DNA of 63,571 bases, filler included, from Octopus bimaculoides (GCF_001194135.2; 4 parts of 4 records of this genome joined end to end with filler, not necessarily neighbours in it); one strand, 5' to 3'; counted from the whole stretch's first letter, positions 42,690 to 56,074 are shown. Numbers and translations are program-made. The notes: generated from the letters alone by a model not told the origin.

Positions 42690-42714
42690 GACATTCACAC
42701 AGAGTAACAGTGTT

Positions 42715-43060
42715 TGTAGATAGGCATAGGTGTGGCCATGTGGTAAGAAGTTTGCTTCTCAACCACATGGTTCCAGGTTCAGTCCCACTGCTTGACACCT
42801 TGGACGAGTGTCTTTTGCTATAGCCTCAGGCCAACCAAAGCCTTATGAGTGGATTTAGTAGAAGCCTGTGATAGGCTGGCAGGCAAGGACACTGCATGAC
42901 AACCAGTGTTGGTTTGTTTATGTCTTGGCAAAAGAAACTGATAGAACAAATACTGGACATAAAAAACAAGAACTGGGGTTGAACTATTTGACTAAACCCT
43001 TGAAGTCTGTGCCCCTAAATGGCCACAGTCCAGTGACACAAGTAAAAGATAAAAGCTAGC
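42715..43060 (+). mobile_element. SINE family A
   Basis: Head and tail blocks as at 32097. Confidence 0.8.
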
Positions 43061-43677
43061 AGTAGACTTAATCTGCTGTAGGGTGTAACACCTTCACCTG
43101 GTTATTGAGTTCCTTTAGTAGTGTCTACTCAGCTGAAAGTTTTTGGGTCAAGTCTCTAGCCTGAAAGTACTGCCTTCCTTCCTCTCATCAGTGGCAGAGG
43201 GTCTTCTCCTTTAAGAANNNNNNNNNNTTAAGAAACAGATTGCATGAGAGCAAAAAAAAAAAAATGAATACATACCCTCTAAAATGAAGTGCAATGAATT
43301 AATGATTGGCAGAGAGTTTTATATAACAACAATAATAATGAAATTATTGTGTATAGTGCTCAGGTGCACTACACCTCACCAAAGGTGTATGTACGGTACG
43401 TAGAATTATGTACGAAAGTCAGGAAAGTGAACAGTGTATGAGTCATGATATACATGAGTGCATGCATATGGAGGTGAGATATGATTTCTCAGATTGACAA
43501 GATGAGAGGAGTATAGTTGATTAAACTGACCCCAGTGAATAACTGGTATTTATTTTATCCACCCTGAAAGAAAGAAAGGCAAAATCAATCATTTTAATAA
43601 TAAGGGCAACTGAAATGATTTAACATTGATCTTAAATGGTTTGCTTTGAATTGATTTTTTTTGTTTTAATATTTCAG

Positions 43678-43766
43678 GTTACTCAATAACAAGTGGCAGG
43701 TACTTCAACAACCAAGTACATACAGTTGTGGGAGCCCCTGGCATTTCAACCAGTGGGCTTGGAAAG
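43678..43766 (+). CDS. integrin alpha exon (blade 4, no Ca2+ loop)
   Basis: tttcag|..|gtaagg; (G)YSITSGRYFNNQVHTVVGAPGISTSGLGK; phase 1-0. Confidence 0.92.
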
Positions 43767-45955
43767 GTAAGGCTTATGAAATGCGTTTGGGAGAAAATTC
43801 CAAAAATCAGTCGGGAGACATCTTTTTTCATTTTATTTGTACGAGTTTGGTGGAATAGAGGAAGGTATCATGCTAGAGCCTTTAAAAACCCTCAGAGTTT
43901 GATGGAACTGATGCTATTAAGGTTCTGTTAAAATTATTGCAAGTCAATGACTGTCGTAGTCAAACTGTTCAACCCAAGCCAGCATGGAAAACAGACGTTA
44001 AATGATGATGATGATGATGGGTAAGTCAGATGGGGTGGTACTCTTCAACTGATAGTAAGAAGTGATTCTCTAACAGGAGACCAGATTTGCTCAAAAGCTC
44101 ACAACAAAATGAACTCCAAAAAGGGAATCTACAGGCCAAGTATAGTGTAAAACTTGGAAATGGGTGAAGTCCACCACCGTGTCCTTTCTTCCTGAAACAA
44201 TGTTTTGAAGCAAACCTCTTTAACCACAGGCTTACCTGGACCCCTCTCTCTCTCTCTGTCCCCATGTGATGCTGCTAGGTGAGATGTAGCCTAGGGAACT
44301 GCAAATGACTGTCAAATTTAAAGCTTATTCATCAACATAGTTTTGAGTTTATTCTGCCTTATCTTGTAGCCTTGTGATTTCAATTAGGTGATTGCTTATT
44401 TTTAGAGAGGCTGAAATCTGGCCAGTTTGAACATAAAACAGGCAGAATATGTTGGCTGCATTTGGTCAGTTTAAACACTAAAGGGTTAAGGTGTGTATAT
44501 GGAAAGGAAAGAGAGAGATGGTTTAATAGATAACCAAAGGTGAACAGGTACATCCTAGAAACGTTGCATGCTATCATTTCAAGGAGACAGACATTGGGAA
44601 ATAATTTTGAATGTTGCTAATAAAGAGCATATGGCACTGATATGAATTATATTCTAGAAGCTTGTTAGCATCTCATCTTCCATTCAGTACTTGATGGAGC
44701 AGCATTTTCTTTGGCATTTATAAACTATTTGTCTGCTTGCTCACATTATAAAATGCTTACCTTTTGTTTATCAGGCACACGCTTATGATGAACAGGCAGC
44801 ATGCACACACACAAAGCTGAGGTTTAAGTAACAACAACAAGTCTGATGTTAACACTAATAAATAACACCCGTGGAATGTTCTGTTTTGACATAGACACTT
44901 TAATCTACATTAACAGTTGCAGAAGTTTCCTGTAGTCAAGGGGGTCTGTTTGCTTTACATGTGGATGAGTGGGGTGGGGGTAAAAGGTATCTTGTCTTTC
45001 TTACTCCCTTTTGCTGTGACATCAACACCTTCTCCACCACTGTAACTCCCACCACCATCCCCGCCATCAACAGTTCATTTTAAAATGAATTGTTGAGTCT
45101 TACTTTCTGTTTTAAATAGTTCTTTTTATTTTTATGAAATAGTTATTTCAGCTGGTTTGGTATTTATGACAGAAGAGTCACAGAGTTAAATACATTCTTC
45201 TACAGACTTTTACTTAATTCTTTACACCAATCGCTAAAAGACCATGTGAGGTTCAGACACTACAAAAGGTGACTAAGACCCACCTTGATCATAAATTATG
45301 ACTTTTTTTCAATTAAGGGATACATGTTCTCTGTAGAGGTTATAATTACGAGATTATTTAGAACAAGGTAAACTAAAGTTAAGTATACCTTCTTATATAG
45401 AATTACTCCATGGAATCTGCAATGTGATAATACACAATTGTTCTAGAATATCAATTTCTGAGGCTTCAACCTAAGGGGTGGGGTAGAGGAATTAGGTTAA
45501 CATCAGTAATTTATGGGTCCTTTACTTTGTACTCTTTTAGGGTTGATCAAATATAAAGGTGCAGGCATGGTTGCAGGCACAGGAATGTGTGTGTGGTTAA
45601 GAATTTCACTTCCCAGCCACATGATTTTAGGTTCAGTACCATGAGCAAATGTCTTCCACTAATAATAAGTTACAAATTTTGGCAGAAGATCAGCAATTTC
45701 AAGGAAAGGGTTAAATTAATTAGGTCTGCCCCAGTTTTCAACTGGTACTTATTTTGTTGACCTCAGAGGAATTTGAACTGAGAACATAAAGATGGATGAT
45801 TATGCTAAGTATTTTATCTGGCATGCTAATGGTTCTGCCACCTTGACACCTTAATATTTCCTTACAGATGGGAACACAAAACAAAGCTACAGCAAGTAAA
45901 GCATTAAAGTTGATTCCTAGTTATTATTACCATTGTTTTTTTTTTATTTTTCCAG

Positions 45956-46006
45956 ATTTATTTCTACTCTGGTGGCACTCTGTTCCAATATTATAAAGGT
46001 ACACAA
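45956..46006 (+). CDS. integrin alpha exon
   Basis: ttccag|..|gtaagt; IYFYSGGTLFQYYKGTQ; phase 0-0. Confidence 0.88.
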
Positions 46007-46134
46007 GTAAGTAATAAATACATATTATTTCTTTCTCATTAGCGGTCTTATTGTTGTTGAGTAACTTTGGTCAGTTATGTTCAACCAGACTTTAATGATG
46101 TGAAGGCAACCAATTAAAATGTTTAGGAAACATA

Positions 46135-46520
46135 TATATGTATATGTGTGCTAAGTAGCTTGCTTACCAACCACATCGTTCTGGGTTCAGTCCCACTGTG
46201 TGGCACCTTGGGCAAGTGTCTTCTACTATAGCCGCGGGCCAACCTAAGCCTTGTGAGTGGATTTGGTAGATGGAAACTGAAAGAAGCCTGTCATGCATGC
46301 ATACATGCATGTATGTATGTATGTGTGTTTGTGCCTGTATTTGTCCCCTCCACCATCACTTGACAACTGATATTGGTGTGTTTATGTCCCCGTAACTTAG
46401 CGGTTCAGCAAAGGTGACCAATAGAATAAGTACGAGGCTTACAAAGAATACGGTCGATCTGTTCAACTAAAGGTGGTGCTCCAGAATGGCCACAGTCAAA
46501 TGACAAACAAATAAAATTAA
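46135..46520 (+). mobile_element. SINE family A
   Basis: aagtagcttgcttaccaaccacat..gggttcagtcccactg..tail. Confidence 0.85.
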
Positions 46521-46700
46521 AAAAAAAGAATATATATCTTCATTACCCGGGATCTATATATATCATATATATATATGTGTGTCCATTACTCTGGATCTAT
46601 GGTGTTTTGCTTTTAGTTAGCATTTGAATTTTACTACTGAGCATTCCATGTTTATTATTGTTGGACAAACTGTCCCAAGGTTTAAGACACAAAACTTGTT

Positions 46701-46885
46701 ACATTTGACGGATATTTGTCATCTTGTTTGTTAACACACCATTTCGGCTGATATACCCTCCAGCCTTCATCAGGTGTCTTGGGTAAATTTCGAACCTGGG
46801 TTCTCATTCCTAAGGTATTTTTCAATGTTGTTGCTATTATCATTATTATTATTATGTAAATAATTCCTCATCTTTTAAATATAGA
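46701..46885 (-). mobile_element. hammerhead-bearing fold-back element, 5'-truncated copy
   Basis: 12-bp TSD ACAAAACTTGTT (46689-46700, 46886-46897). Body is the reverse complement of about 57775-57915; inverted tail at 46855-46885. Confidence 0.8.
46733..46778 (-). ncRNA. hammerhead ribozyme motif, cleavage site mutated
   Basis: GACAC-CUGAUGA-A-GGCUG(10)CAGCC-GAAA-U-GGU-GUGUU. Core intact, NUH triplet lost. Confidence 0.6.
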
Positions 46886-47505
46886 ACAAAACTTGTTCTT
46901 ACGGAAATTTATTGAGGATGAATCAACTATTTAATCTAGCAGATCAACTGATATTCTAGTCTGAAAGATCCATTGTACTTCTCTAGTTCTTCTCAGATCT
47001 GCAGTAGTAGACTATACTTTGCTGAAAAGGTCTAATAAGGCCAAAACATATCTAGAGTTGTCCCCCTTACAGCTAAAAATCAGACACACACCCCATTCCA
47101 TTTCATATTGAATTTTAATGAAATATTTCAGTGTTTCTGTTTTTTAAACTAAAATAAGTCATTTAGAAAATGATTGAAATTAATTACTTGGTATATTTAC
47201 TAAAGAAGTGTGCAAGCAACCACTTTACCATTCAATCTTTAAAAGTCGTTTAGCCCCAAGTTGGCCTGGTCAGATAGATTTATGAAAATACCATCCCTGA
47301 TGGTTTCATTCAGTTTGTCTACAATACATCCTTCCTTTTTTAAGACAGCATGGTATGATTGAGGATATTTGACTGTTTTTTGCAGATTGAGCTTCATGTT
47401 ATGTGTTGTAGCTTTTGGCAATCAAAACTTCCAAAATGTATTTCAGATTTAAATGCAAAAATAGAATTTTGTTTTTAAAAAAGAGCTTATTTATTTACAT
47501 TTCAG

Positions 47506-47643
47506 TTTGGAAGTGGTTTTGGTTCAAGTTTGCTCACAGCAGATCTTACAGGAGACGGCAATGATGATTTAATTGTAGGAGCACCATACCAGTACAGTAT
47601 AAAGAACGAGGGTCATGTACATGTTTTTATCAGCACTGGTTGG
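47506..47643 (+). CDS. integrin alpha exon (blade 5, Ca2+ loop DLTGDGNDD)
   Basis: tttcag|..|gtaaga; FGSGFGSSLLTADLTGDGNDDLIVGAPYQYSIKNEGHVHVFISTGW. Confidence 0.96.
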
Positions 47644-47739
47644 GTAAGATTGTCAGCATTTTCTAAAGATCTCAGTGACATGACCCACATTCAATAAATC
47701 AAAAAATGTTTTTATTTTTGTAGTAACTGAATAAGTTTA

Positions 47740-47880
47740 TGAGGGGGTGTAAAAAATTTTCTGGCTTTAAGGCCTGGTTGGAGGCTGAACCTTCCAAGTT
47801 CTTTTACAGGACTTAGAAAAACTGAAGGACCACTGAATTAAGTGTATGAATCTGAGAGGGGAATATGTTGAATAAAATAT
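47740..47880 (+). mobile_element. mariner-derived MITE fragment
   Basis: Same family as 55282-55498. Confidence 0.7.
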
Positions 47881-49241
47881 TTTTGAGCCCAAAAGGATGA
47901 AAGGCAAAATTGACTTCAGAATTTAAAAACATGAAACAAATACTATGATGTATTCTTTCTACTATAGACACACAGCCTGAAATTTAAGGGAAAGGGCCTA
48001 GTCAATTGCAGTGACCCCGGTGTTTGACTGATATTCATTTTATTGACCCCTGAAGGATGAAAAGTAACACTGAGCTCAGCAGAATCTAAGCAAGTGAAAT
48101 ACTGCTAAGCATTTTGTCATGTGTACTAATGATCCTGCCAGCTCACCACATCTTAATAATGGTTTCTAACATAGGCAAAAGGCCTGATATCTACAAGAAG
48201 GGATTAGTCAAAACCATCAACCCCTAGTAGTAGACTAGCACTTCATTTTATTGACCCTGAAAGGAGGATGAAAAGGTAAAGGTGACTTTGAATTTGAACT
48301 GAGGGCATAAAGAGCCAAAACAAATATGATAAAGCAACTTTTTTGATGCTCTCATGATTACAAGCTCACTGCCCTATTATAATAATTTCAACAATCTACT
48401 TCTACTACTACAATATGGGATGTAAAACAGTTTTCAAGCATTAACCACAAGTTTTCTTTCAGTTCTGTATCTATTTGCAAGATTCTTCATGTGAATTTGC
48501 GTGTTGAAACAAATTTTGCTGTTTCTTGGGAGAGTCATTATGCCAATATTATTAACTGGTTCAATTCCACTCCTTTATTATTAGTCGATTAGTTAAATAT
48601 CCAAGTAACTAATCAATTGTTTGTTTAATTTGGTTAAACATTAAGTCATTTGTTTTGCTTTTGTTTGTCAAAACTCTTTCATTGTTACTTGCAACCTTTA
48701 CAATGACTTTTGACTTCAACAATTGTTTCACAGTAAAGATGTTAACCCTATACCTAGCCTAGATGTTAGACAAACGAGCACGTTTAATTAACCTACTCAG
48801 CAATATCGTTCTATTATGTTTGCAGGTCTATAGTGTGACATTTGTGATATATAAGTAGAGGTTATATTGAAGATGATGATGACAACACTGTTAATGTCTG
48901 AAGCATCATCTCATACCCACACCAGACTCTTAAATTCAGCCATTGTCTGCATTCATCACCATACAGAATTAGTTGAAATCTCTTCGCACTCCCAAAAGAA
49001 GAGAAACTTTGGAATATATTTTACTGAATACCACCCTGTTTTAGTAGCAGTGTTTTCCCCACCCATCTGTCCATTCTATATATCATACAGCCCCACATTG
49101 TGATCCCTTTTGTATAATGCTCATTAGTTTATACACAGCTAAAACTCAGCATTTTTATACCATATTTGGAACAGAGCCAATATATGAAGTAATGCATGTT
49201 TGTTTTTATTTTTATGACTTAATGAATAAATTTATTTCCAG

Positions 49242-49344
49242 GGACTCTTTCATAGGTCAGAACTTCAGGGGGATAATATTGTTAATGCACATTTTGGAAT
49301 GGCTTTGGGAAATCTTGGTGACATCAACAAAGATGGTTTTGAAG
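49242..49344 (+). CDS. integrin alpha exon (blade 6, Ca2+ loop DINKDGFED)
   Basis: ttccag|..|gtaagg; GLFHRSELQGDNIVNAHFGMALGNLGDINKDGFE(D); phase 0-1. Confidence 0.95.
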
Positions 49345-50270
49345 GTAAGGACATGACATTTTATGTGTGTGTATATTTTCTTCACATTTTCTGTATAAAA
49401 AAAATGCCACTGTTAAAGATCTTTATTGTAAACATATAGAAGTAATAGACTATTACAAAAAAAAAAAAAATGAATTTTTAAAAAAAATAAAGAAAAAAAT
49501 TGCTGCCTTCTAAATCTTAATGTATAAAACATGTGTGCTTCTCCTCTTCTCTAAATCTAATACACAAAATAACAGACCTTTCCTCTGCTCTATAATACAT
49601 AAGGAAATACTGAGATTGGTTAAGAAACTGAACAGTTTAATTCTTACCTTAAGGGCCATGTAGCAGCTTTGTCTTTCTTTCAGCTCATCTAAATGTTTAC
49701 ATCTGCTTTTCTACGCTGGCATGCACTCAACTGGTTGCCATGGTGCTAATTTATTTTTATTCAGGGTTACTGCTCTTCTAGACATATCAGGGACCAAGTC
49801 CTGCTTGCATGTTCCATTCTTTGGTTTGGTTTCCGTAATTGGATGTGCTTTCTGTTGTCAACCGCTTTGCAGAATGTACTGGATACATTTTCTTGTGGCA
49901 CTAATACTAGAGAGGTTGTCTTGTCTCTGGCAAGACGGTAGACTTCCCTTAACCATGTCCCCATGCAATCAGTCACCAGCACCAGAGGGTTGTTTTGTCC
50001 CAAAAGAAAGTTCATTCTCACATAACTGGATGGGAAAGACTAAGAGGGTGATAGAAGAGTGAAAGAACCAGAGTGAGAGGAGAAACAGGTGATAAAATGA
50101 GAAAGTAATGGAATATATATGTATACAAGTGCATGTGCTGCCCCCATCCACTCACCCACCACCACACACATTTTTATGTTTAACTTTTCACAGGTATGGC
50201 TTTACAACTACATTGTTTGGGGTTCAGTCCCACTCCATGGCATGACAGACAGAGAATGAAAGAAGCCTAT

Positions 50271-50302
<32 letters not shown>

Positions 50303-50345
50303 CTTTTGTGTCTCCTCTCCACCACTAGACAACTGGTGTTGGTTT

Positions 50346-50730
50346 CACTGTTCTGTATTTTAGAAATGAGGAATTCTGTACATTATTCACATGATTTGCA
50401 TTGGACGGACATGTGTCCTCATCGTTTGTTGTTACCATACCTTTTCGGCTGATTTACTCTCCAGCCTTCATATAGTGTCTTGGTAGAATTTTGAACCCAA
50501 CCCTGGGTTCTCATTCCTAAGGTATTTTTTGTTTTGCTGATGTTGTTGTTGCTGTTATTATTATTATTATTATTTATTCAAGGCACTGCCTCGAATTGAA
50601 CTTGCAATCTTGAGGTTACTAGCCTGTGCTCTTAACCATTACACTATATGAAGGCTGGAGAGTAAATCAGCCGAAACATTGTGGTAACAACAAACAAGAT
50701 GAGGACATATCCGTCCAATGTAAATAATGT
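50346..50730 (-). mobile_element. hammerhead-bearing fold-back element with tRNA-like head and long inverted arms
   Basis: Arms about 50399-50478 and 50641-50730. TSD TGGTGTTGGTTT (50334-50345, 50730-50741). Inserted inside a family A SINE. Confidence 0.8.
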
Positions 50731-51187
50731 GGTGTTGGTTTGTTTACATCCATTAATTTAGTAGTTTGGTAAAAGAGAATAAGTAGCAGACTTTTTTAGA
50801 AAAAGTACCGAGGTCAAATTTGTTCAACTAAAACCCTTCAAAGCAGTGCCCCAGCATAGCCACAGTCCAATGACTGAAACAAGATTATGAACCGTTTCTA
50901 TCTACCTGTTATCTTTTCCCTCATCTAATTTCTCTTCTTATCTCTTCTCATTCATCACCTACCTCACAAATTCCTTTCTCGTCTCTAATCCACTCCAAAT
51001 TACCTTGTTTGATTGTCATATTATCTTCCATATTTCGCTTCCTCTTATAATTCCGTCCTTCCACTCCAAACTACGTTCCTCATCCTTTATTTCGTATCAT
51101 TTTCCTTTTCCCTCACCAACACCTTATTCTATTTGTATTGTCTGGTATTGTTTATCTGTTCCATAATTATTTCTACTTCACTCGCAG

Positions 51188-51370
51188 ACATTGTAGTTGG
51201 AGCACCGTATGAAGAAGACTGTGGTGCCATTTATATATATTTTGGAAACAATCTTAAACTCAATGAGAACAACAGACAGAAAATTCTTGGAAAGACATTG
51301 GACAGCAATCTGAAAGGTTTTGGAATTTCATTTTCAAAACCTATGGATGTTGATGGAAATGGTTATGATG
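51188..51370 (+). CDS. integrin alpha exon (blade 6/7, Ca2+ loop DVDGNGYDD)
   Basis: tcgcag|..|gtaagt; (D)IVVGAPYEEDCGAIYIYFG..GFGISFSKPMDVDGNGYD(D); phase 1-1. Confidence 0.96.
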
Positions 51371-52121
51371 GTAAGTTGCATTCTACCACTTTTTTGTTTT
51401 ACACATTTAAAAAAAAATGTTAAATCTGTAGCTGGAAGAGATTTTCAAGAAAGATTCTTAACCCTTTTGATACCAAGCTGCCTGAAACAGCCTCTAGTTC
51501 TATGATACAAACTTCTATTTTAACCCATTAGTGTTTAATCCAGCCCAAATATTCTACCTGTTCTATGTTAAAACTGATCAGATCCAAACTCTCACACCTA
51601 GCCTACAATGTCATTCTAAAAATATACAAACACACCATTGAAATTTTGATACTGCAAAATAATGTTTGTGTGTTCATGTCTCCGTAACTTTGTGGTTCGG
51701 CAAAAGAGACTAATAGAATAAGTACTAGGCTTACAAAGAATAAGTCCTGGGGTCGATTTGTTTGAATAAAGGTGGTGCTCCAGCATGGCCACAGTCAAAT
51801 GGCTGAAACAAGTAAAAGAATGTGTGTGTGTGCATCATCAGCATTTTACATCTACTTTTAATGCTGACAGGGGTTGGATGGGTCATCACAGTCAGATTCA
51901 TATGTTTAAAATGTTCTTTTAAACCATATAAAACCTTATGAATTCTATGAATTTAATCCATGTATGCAGTGTGTGTCTGTGTGTACAAAACAGTATTTCC
52001 AACATCACTTCGCCAATGACTGAGCAACAAACATCACACAAACACTTTCTACATGAAAATAGAAGCTGATAAATTAGCACCCACTAGAGAAACTATCCTT
52101 GGGAATATATAGTAATCATAC

Positions 52122-52164
<43 letters not shown>

Positions 52165-53624
52165 CATACACACACACACACACATATGTTCTGATAAAAA
52201 GCAAAAAGGTTACTGAACAGAAATGGACTAAGTGTGAATGATAAAGTTCACCTAATTGAAAATGATGAAAATAATACAAAATGGAAAGTAGTCAACTGTT
52301 GTAAGCAGCAGGGGTATTGATGTGTATTCTGTTAGTCTGTAGTGTTGAGCTGACATACTCTCACCTGGGAACCAGAAAAGGCAACAGAAAACCATTCTTA
52401 TGTATCTTCTAGGAATATTTTAATGACCTGTTGTGTTACAGAACATTATCAGTACAGCTGTTATTTTAGAAGATACAGGAATAATCTGACCAATAATGGT
52501 TCCTAACTGATTAAGCCCAGGTGGTAAATTGGCAATATCATCAGAGTATAAAGCAAAATGCTTTCTGTTTGTTCCAGTTCTTTGTACTCTGAGTTCAAAT
52601 CTTGTCACAGTCAACTTTATATTTCATCTTTTTGAGGTCAATAAAATAAAGTCTCACTTCAGTAGAGTGGATTGACAGAGTTATAGAATGTCAAATGAGG
52701 TGTCTCGGTGCACTTCTTCCAGCTCTTTGCATTTTAAGTTCTTGGGCAGTTGACAATTTGTCATCTGATTTAATACCCACCAATAAGGCCTTGGGTGCTT
52801 TTAGTGAAGTAAACTTTTGTAAGCATTTGGGCCAGTTCTCTGCAGGTCCAAAAATACCTCCCTTGTTTCCTTCCATCCACTTAGAGATCCCATAAATGAA
52901 AAGGGTCATGAACACCTCCCAGACTGAACAATAATGGAAAAGAAAAATGCTGACATAAAAAGCCATTAGTTCATTCTGGGAGTAAAGTATTTAACAATTC
53001 TCTACTTTTGTAAAGAAGGGCATCTATCCACAAGTCATGCCTTGAAAAATTAACAAACGACAAGCATGGCTAACTTTATAGGTGCAGCCATAACTGTGCA
53101 GTTAAGAAATTTCCTTCACAGATAGTTTTCAGCTCAGTCCCACAACAGGACACCTGGACAGGTGTCTTCTGCTATAGCCCTGAGCTGACCTGCTTTGTGA
53201 GTGAATTTGGTATACAGAAGTCGTAGAAAAATCCAGAGTATGAGTGTGACATCAATTACCATCTGTTTGCCATGCTGGAATGGGTTGGAGAGGGTGAGTA
53301 TTCTCCTTTTCTGTGCTTACACAAAAAATCGTGGGGCTACAGATGACGTCTGGTGTCATTTCCCTGTCAATGAATCATCCATCTGTACCTTTGAAGATGA
53401 GTGGAATGAAAACTTCCTTATTTGAAAACTAGGAAAGGGTTAGCAACAGGAAGGGTACCCATCTGTAAAGCAATGTCTCAACAATATGTATTCATTTAAT
53501 TCATCTAACCTGTACCAATTTAGAAAGAAAAAAAAAACAAATGTAAAACAAATTACTTCCTCTATCAGTTGCTGTTATCTCAATTTCAACAATGCAATAC
53601 AGTATATTTTATTTTCATTTACAG

Positions 53625-53822
53625 ATTTCTTTGCTGGTGCCTTTCTATCAGATAATGCTGTGTTACTCTCTTCAAGAGAAATAAAGGCCAAAAGCAGGAT
53701 CACAACTAACCCTGGAGAATTAGATCCTTCAGATGTCAGATGTTTTGGCGAAATCTTTATCTCTGGATGTCTGGATTTACAGTTGTGTATTAAACTCATA
53801 GGAAAAAACTTAAAAAATATCA
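53625..53822 (+). CDS. integrin alpha exon (end of propeller, thigh start)
   Basis: ttacag|..|gtaagg; (D)FFAGAFLSDNAVLLSSRE..CFGEIFISGCLDLQLCIKLIGKNLKNI; phase 1-1. Confidence 0.93.
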
Positions 53823-55088
53823 GTAAGGCTTTTTTAAAATAACGAAGAGTTTAGTAAAATAACTTTCTTATTAATAAGCTAGTGTTTGGAATATAAATTA
53901 GCATAAAATTTAGATTACTTTAAAACAGAATGATCTCAGGAAGGTTGGTATCAAAAGAATATCTTATTGAGAGCACAGCTAGTTAAATGGAAAGGAGGGG
54001 CCATGGAGCTGTGAGATAAAGGGTTCACATAACAGCACACAAAAGTACCAAGGGTCTCAAGTTATGCTGTCCACCCAGTTGAACTAAGGGCTACGAAGTA
54101 GGAACAACATACCAATCTTAGCAATACAGTAAAATGGGCAAATTGACCATTAATTTGCAGAGGTGAGTTTCATTCTTTCAAAGGACATATCCCAGTATGA
54201 GATGGGCTCTGCTAAACAATTTCACTACAGATAGACTTAATCCATCCCCTGGGTGCCTTTAGTAGAGTCCACTCTGATGCAAACACTCAGATCAGGTCTT
54301 TGGTTTGAGGATATCTTCTTCACTGTCCCTCTCACCAGCATTGGACACCCTGGAAAGGGTCTTAGACATTGCCTTCTCACTTGATTAAAAAGATAGAACC
54401 CAAAGTACATCATATGAAAACAGATGTCTTCAGTGATTTTACAAACAAGCCATTGATGTGTTATGGGTGGAAGTACAGGATAGCAGTTAATGATTTTAAT
54501 AATTATTAAAATTGTTTTAGTGTTACATAAAATGATGAAAGGAGTTGTCTAAAGAGTAGCTTTGAAGGCACATAGCTTAGTGGTTTGGGTATTTGGCTCA
54601 GAATTATAAGGTCGTGAGTTCCATTCCCACTGGTGTGTTTTGTCCTTGAGCAAGATACTTTATTTCAAGTTGCTCCAGTCCACTTAACTACATTAAGTGT
54701 ACGTGTCTGTGGAGTGCTCAGCCACTTCCACAATAATTTCACAAACAGGCTGTTCCATTGATCAGATCAACTGCAGCCCTCATCATTGTAATCAATGGAT
54801 TGCCAGTTTTTAGTTTTGACCATTTCCCTTCTTAGTTCAAATCAGTTGTCCCTCTCTGCTTAATAAAATAAGTACCAAATCATATAAAGAACAGTTTCTT
54901 TTCATATGCTGATCTGTAATAAAAACTGGTTTTGTACATTAATGGAAAACTATTATTTTAATGTTTTATAATTATTTTCTTTTCTAACTTCAATCTTAAA
55001 ATTTTGTTTTAAATTTGCTTTTTCCCCACTTCCCACCCACCACATCTTTCAGTTTATTTGTTTTGTTTTGCTCCCCTCATTTATCCAG

Positions 55089-55225
55089 AAACAACCATCA
55101 TTACTGATGTGGATGTTGATCAAGAAAAAGCCAAGAAACGAGTTGCCTTAGAAGGTTCAAACACCAATGAAATAATACTTCAAAGCGAAGAGGAACGTTG
55201 TATTTCAATGGCTTTAAAAACACGG
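55089..55225 (+). CDS. integrin alpha exon (thigh); alternative in-frame start at 55053
   Basis: atccag|..|gtatgt; (K)TTIITDVDVDQEKAKKRVAL..EERCISMALKTR; phase 1-0. Confidence 0.85.
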
Positions 55226-55281
55226 GTATGTTTTCCCCTCACTCCTTTACAGAAAAACAGACACACACACACACACACTCA

Positions 55282-55498
55282 CACAAAGGGCGCTGAAATG
55301 ATCCTGGCTTTAAGGTATTGCGAAAGTCCTGGTTGGAGGCCCAACCTTCCAAGTTCTTATACAGGGTTTAGAAAAGCTGAAGGGCCATTGCAATAAGTGT
55401 GAATCTGAGAGGGGAATATGTTGAATAAAATCATAATTAACTGATTCTCCTGTATTTTCTTTTATCCAAAGCCAGGAACTCTTCAGCACCCCCTTGTA
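55282..55498 (+). mobile_element. mariner-derived MITE
   Basis: Imperfect TIRs (..gggcgctgaaatgatcctggcttt / aaagccaggaactcttcagcacccc..tgta). Interior encodes the mariner-like end ..CVNLRGEYVE*. Confidence 0.75.
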
Positions 55499-55923
55499 TA
55501 CATGTGTGTGTGTGTATGTATATGCGTGCATGCCTCGCCAGCTCCTATATATATATATATATCAGGTATGTGCCACCTAGGTAGGCAATGCCTACCTTGA
55601 ATAAAGTAGATCGATAGCAATATTTTGCTTTTATGGCAAAATATGCACCTAATTCAATAAAATTATGGAGGTTACTCTGATTACTGTGCATAAAATGCAA
55701 AATATTTTATTTTTTTGTAGATTAGGTAGGCATAATTTGCCCCTACCTTTCAATCTCAGTATTAAAGCTATGCATAGTACTGCTGTAGTATATGTGCTGC
55801 ATACACTCCAACAACAGTCTTCTTTATGTGTTATAAAGGCAGAAGTAAATCTGCCTTCAACTCAGTCACACGCCTGTGTGTTACTACATAAAGGTCACTA
55901 ACTGCCTACCTGAGTAATTACTG

Positions 55924-55954
<31 letters not shown>

Positions 55955-56020
55955 CCATCATCATTTAACATCCTTTTTCCATGATGGCATAATTTGGACA
56001 GTTTGACAGGATTCAATAAG

Positions 56021-56074
<54 letters not shown>

